A stretch of DNA of 63,147 nt, the filler included, from Aduncisulcus paluster (lineage: Eukaryota), in assembly GCA_024181965.1 (NCBI GenBank). It is 31 parts of 31 records of this genome, joined end to end, with 100 filler letters (N's around TTAATTAATTAA, not from the genome) between each part and the next. Parts side by side here need not be neighbours in the genome. Positions count along the whole stretch, not along the records: positions 60,325 to 61,441 come from BQXS01005524.1; positions 61,542 to 63,147 come from BQXS01005530.1; 29 more parts are not named here. The stretch is one strand, 5' to 3'. Made by a program: the position numbers and the translations under genes. The notes beneath the pieces were generated by a model. That model was given only the letters and a program-made list of their open reading frames with translations. It made no database searches and was not told the DNA's origin. Each line of letters starts with the position of its first letter. The first letter of the stretch is position 1. This document shows positions 60,325 to 63,147 of the stretch, one piece after another.

Positions 60325-61441
60325 GATAGGCCACGCTTTCACGGCTGTGATGATTACTGGGCACCACAGTCAAGCGAGCTTTTACCCTTTTGCTCTACAC
60401 GAAGTTTCTGTCTCCGCTGAGCTCGCCTTTGGACAACTACGCTGCCATTTCGTAGTTGTGCCGCCCCAGCAAAACTTCCCACCTGAACATGTCCTCAGTA
60501 TAGCTCGGTACAGACAAGCTGAACCTTCGTTCATGAGATAAGAGTCATACCTGCAGGCACAACCCTGCTAGATCACTGAGTGAGCAGATTGATACTAAGA
60601 GTGGAAGTGTTTCATCGATGCCAAGTGGATGAGGCCTGCTACCATCAGAAGAGATAGCTTAGACACTCAACGCTCCTTCCTACTCTACATCTCCTAGATC
60701 AATCTACAAGTTCAGGCTAAAGTCAAGCTCAAAAGGGTCTTCTTGCCCCGCTGATTTTGCCTAGCCCGTTCCCTAGGCTGTAGGTTCACCAAGATGCATG
60801 TGGGGACAGTGAGAACCTCGTTGTTCCATTCATGCGCGTCACAAATTAACACTAATACCAACATATAAATATGTCTCCACCTTGCTTAAGGGTGGACCAT
60901 GTCTCCATGGGGGTTCGACTATATCTTAAAGCAAGAAAGTATTGCTACTTTCCCACTCCACTGCCATTTAGTCTGTGGACTGCAACCATAGATACTATAC
61001 AATAGAATCCTTAGGACTTGGCTGCGGATTACCCAATCTCTACGATTATTACCATACAGTGGCCATTATACCACCTGCCTATATGATGAGATTTCATAGT
61101 ATTACTATTCCCACTCATACTCTGTTTCCAGTTATAGGCGGTACGTAGAGCTCTAAGGGCTTCCCCGCAATTTGACAGTGTCGCCAGATAGTTATATCCA
61201 TACATATACAATCATCGACTAGCCAGTTGTTACCAACCAACTGTCACTTATTTGATAAATGACGAGGCATTTGGCTACCTTTCAAGAGTCATAGTTACTC
61301 CTGCCGTTGACCCGCGCTTAATTGAATCACTTCAACGTAACGATTCAGAGCACTGGGCAGAATTCACCTTCAGTCAACACCTGTTATGGCCATCTGAAGG
61401 CTATGTTTCTACTAGACAGTCGGGTTCTCCTTAGTCCGTTC
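60325..61441 (-). rRNA. Divergent eukaryotic cytosolic LSU (28S) rRNA, domain IV-V fragment, intron-interrupted
   Basis: The minus strand contains TCTGCCCAGTGCTCTGAAT, GAGTAACTATGAC, GGTAGCCAAATGCCTCGTCAT, GTGACGCGCATGAATGG, GAAGACCCTTTTGAGCTTGAC and GTAAAAGCTCGCTTGA. Confidence 0.95.
60850..61258 (-). ncRNA. Group I intron, subgroup IC1, 409 nt, at LSU position L1949; no homing endonuclease ORF
   Basis: 5' exon ends GUCAU and the intron ends in G. Core elements: P AAUUGCGGGGAA, Q AAUCCGCAGC, R GUCCACAGACUAAAUG, S AAGAUAUAGUC. P1 GUCAU/GUGAC, P3 CACUGUCA/UGGCAGUG, P9 CCAUG-GAGA-CAUGG. Confidence 0.95.
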
Positions 61442-61541
61442 NNNNNNNNNNNNNNNNNNNNNNNNNNNNNNNNNNNNNNNNNNNNTTAATTAATTAANNN
61501 NNNNNNNNNNNNNNNNNNNNNNNNNNNNNNNNNNNNNNNNN

Positions 61542-61983
61542 TAGTGAAATTGAAAAAGAGATTGTAAGAGAAAATAGATACCAGCATGGATTATCCTTGA
61601 TGATGCTAGATATTGATAAATTTAAAATAGTAAATGATACTTATGGACATGATGTTGGTGATATTGTATTAAAAGATTTATCAAATATTATTGTTGAGTC
61701 AATTCGTTCTACAGATTATGCCTGTAGATGGGGAGGAGAAGAATTTTTAGTTCTCTTACCCGAAACAACACTTACTGAATCTTTGACAGTAGCTGAACAC
61801 ATAAGAAAAAACATAGAAAAGTATTCAAATCCTAGTACTCCTCAAAAGATTACTATTAGTATTGGTGTAGCTCAGTTTGAAGTAGATAAGGATGATGCTA
61901 CTACTTTTGTGAAAAAAGTAGATATAGCAATGTATAAAGCAAAAACAACAGGAAGAAATAAGGTCGTAAAATATGAAAAATAA
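61542..61983 (+). CDS. Diguanylate cyclase C-terminus
   Basis: DIDKFKIVNDTYGH, RWGGEEF and AMYKAK..GRN. Confidence 0.95.
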
Positions 61984-62593
61984 AGTGANNNNNNNNNNNN
62001 NNNNNNNNNNNNNNNNNNNNNNNNNNNNNNNNNNNNNNNNNNNNNNNNNNNNNNNNNNNNNNNNNNNNNNNNNNNNNNNNNNNNNNNNNNCAATTTTAAA
62101 AGAGTCATTCTTTAATGTCTTGCAATTTGATATTATGGATACTCTTTTTATTGAAGCATTTGGTGGAAGTGGTGGAATAGGACTAGAAGCATTAAGTCGT
62201 GGAGCAAAGCATAGTTACTTTTGCGAAATCAATAGAGAGTCTTTTAAAACACTTCAAAGAAATTGTGATGCAATTGAACCTGAAAACTGTACAACTCTGT
62301 TTGGAGTTACTTTTGAAAAAATACCAAACCTGATCAATCAACTCAAAGATCAAAAAAGTGTTCAAGATAATGATATTATTTTATATTTAGATCCACCTTT
62401 TGATATACGAGAAGGGATGACTGATATTTATGAAAAAGCTTTTGATATCGTTAGAAATATTACAAATAAAAAAGTTGTTTTAGTTACTTTTGAGCATATG
62501 ACAGGTTTGGATATGCCAGAAGTTTTGGGTGATTTTGAAAAATACAAAACTAAAAAATTTGGAAAAAGTTCTTTAACATATTATCGTGTTTAA
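61973..62593 (+). CDS. rsmD: 16S rRNA m2G966 methyltransferase
   Basis: LKESFFN, EAFGGSG.IGLEALSRGA, YLDPPF and KFGKSSLTYY. Confidence 0.92.
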   Translation: MKNKVXXXXXXXXXXXXXXXXXXXXXXXXXXXXXXXXXXXILKESFFNVLQFDIMDTLFIEAFGGSGGIGLEALSRGAKHSYFCEINRESFKTLQRNCDAIEPENCTTLFGVTFEKIPNLINQLKDQKSVQDNDIILYLDPPFDIREGMTDIYEKAFDIVRNITNKKVVLVTFEHMTGLDMPEVLGDFEKYKTKKFGKSSLTYYRV

Positions 62594-63147
62594 ATTTTCA
62601 GTTTTTTTATTGAGTATTATTATATTTGGTGTATTTCTATTACCTTTTGTTTACACCATTTCACCATTTGAGCTTAATCCCCACAAAATATTATTGGCTC
62701 CTAGTTTTGAACATATAATGGGTACAGATAGACTAGGAAGAGATATCTTTGCTAGGATATTAAATGGTGGACAAACCTCACTTATTATAGGGTTTTTAAG
62801 TACTAGTATTGCTTCACTTATTGGATTGTTTGTAGGGATAAGTGCCGGATATTTTAAAGGCAACTATGATAAATCAATTACAATTATCATCGATCTTTTT
62901 TTGACTTTTCCGACATTCTTTTTACTTTTAGCTTTAGTGAGTTACATGGAAGCTTCAATAATTATACTTATAATAGTGTTATTTATTACTGGTTGGATGA
63001 CAACTGCTAGAATGATACGAAGCGAAAGTTTTGCAATTTCAAATAAACCTTATATTAAAATATTAACATTATCAAAAGTAAGTAATATGAAAATAATCTT
63101 TAAATATTTTGCACCATTATTAGCACCCATTTTCCTTATCTCTTTTA
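62586..63147 (+). CDS. Peptide/nickel ABC transporter permease (DppC/OppC-like), 3'-partial, absent from the ORF track
   Basis: Hand translation from GTG 62586: HIMGTDRLGRDIFAR, GISAGYF, TFPTFFL and WMTTARMIRS. Confidence 0.9.
   Translation, partial: MFKFSVFLLSIIIFGVFLLPFVYTISPFELNPHKILLAPSFEHIMGTDRLGRDIFARILNGGQTSLIIGFLSTSIASLIGLFVGISAGYFKGNYDKSITIIIDLFLTFPTFFLLLALVSYMEASIIILIIVLFITGWMTTARMIRSESFAISNKPYIKILTLSKVSNMKIIFKYFAPLLAPIFLISF

Noticed and set aside
61029-61211. 60-aa ORF inside the group I intron as a homing endonuclease
   Set aside because: It is too short, overlaps the catalytic core, and has no His-Cys box or LAGLIDADG motif.

Overview
This window is not a contiguous locus. It is about 31 short scaffolds joined by an artificial N-run/TTAATTAATTAA/N-run spacer (stops in all six frames), from a mixed-culture assembly. 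Apparent sources: (i) an AT-rich eukaryote with spliceosomal introns, most likely a free-living fornicate metamonad (the repeat-kinase family resembles Aduncisulcus paluster proteins; recalled, not searched); (ii) Campylobacterota, Arcobacter-like (RND pump, sppA, flhF/flhG/fliE, IS21, PAS-GGDEF, lpxD, metE, nhaA/kef, maf, gapA, rsmD); (iii) a GC-rich mycobacterium (BVMO+SDR, bioAFD, sugar transferase, poxB, a prophage-like accessory block); (iv) a Desulfovibrio-like purA fragment; (v) a clostridial Clp ATPase fragment. The best signals are absent from the ORF track. One is a complete, hand-foldable RNase MRP RNA gene (33914-34229, minus). Another is a 409-nt IC1 group I intron at position L1949 of a divergent eukaryotic LSU rRNA (60850-61258, minus), whose helix 69 also lacks the usual I-PpoI/L1925-26 site. 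The eukaryote also carries a prokaryote-type dCTP deaminase on a contig with a SARAF homolog, a tandem-module kinase family, and several transposon classes (CRE-like non-LTR, chromodomain Ty3/gypsy, hAT, CACTA/Mirage-like). Most apparent frameshifts and duplications sit at N-gaps or homopolymers and are probably artefacts. No CRISPR array or tRNA is supported.
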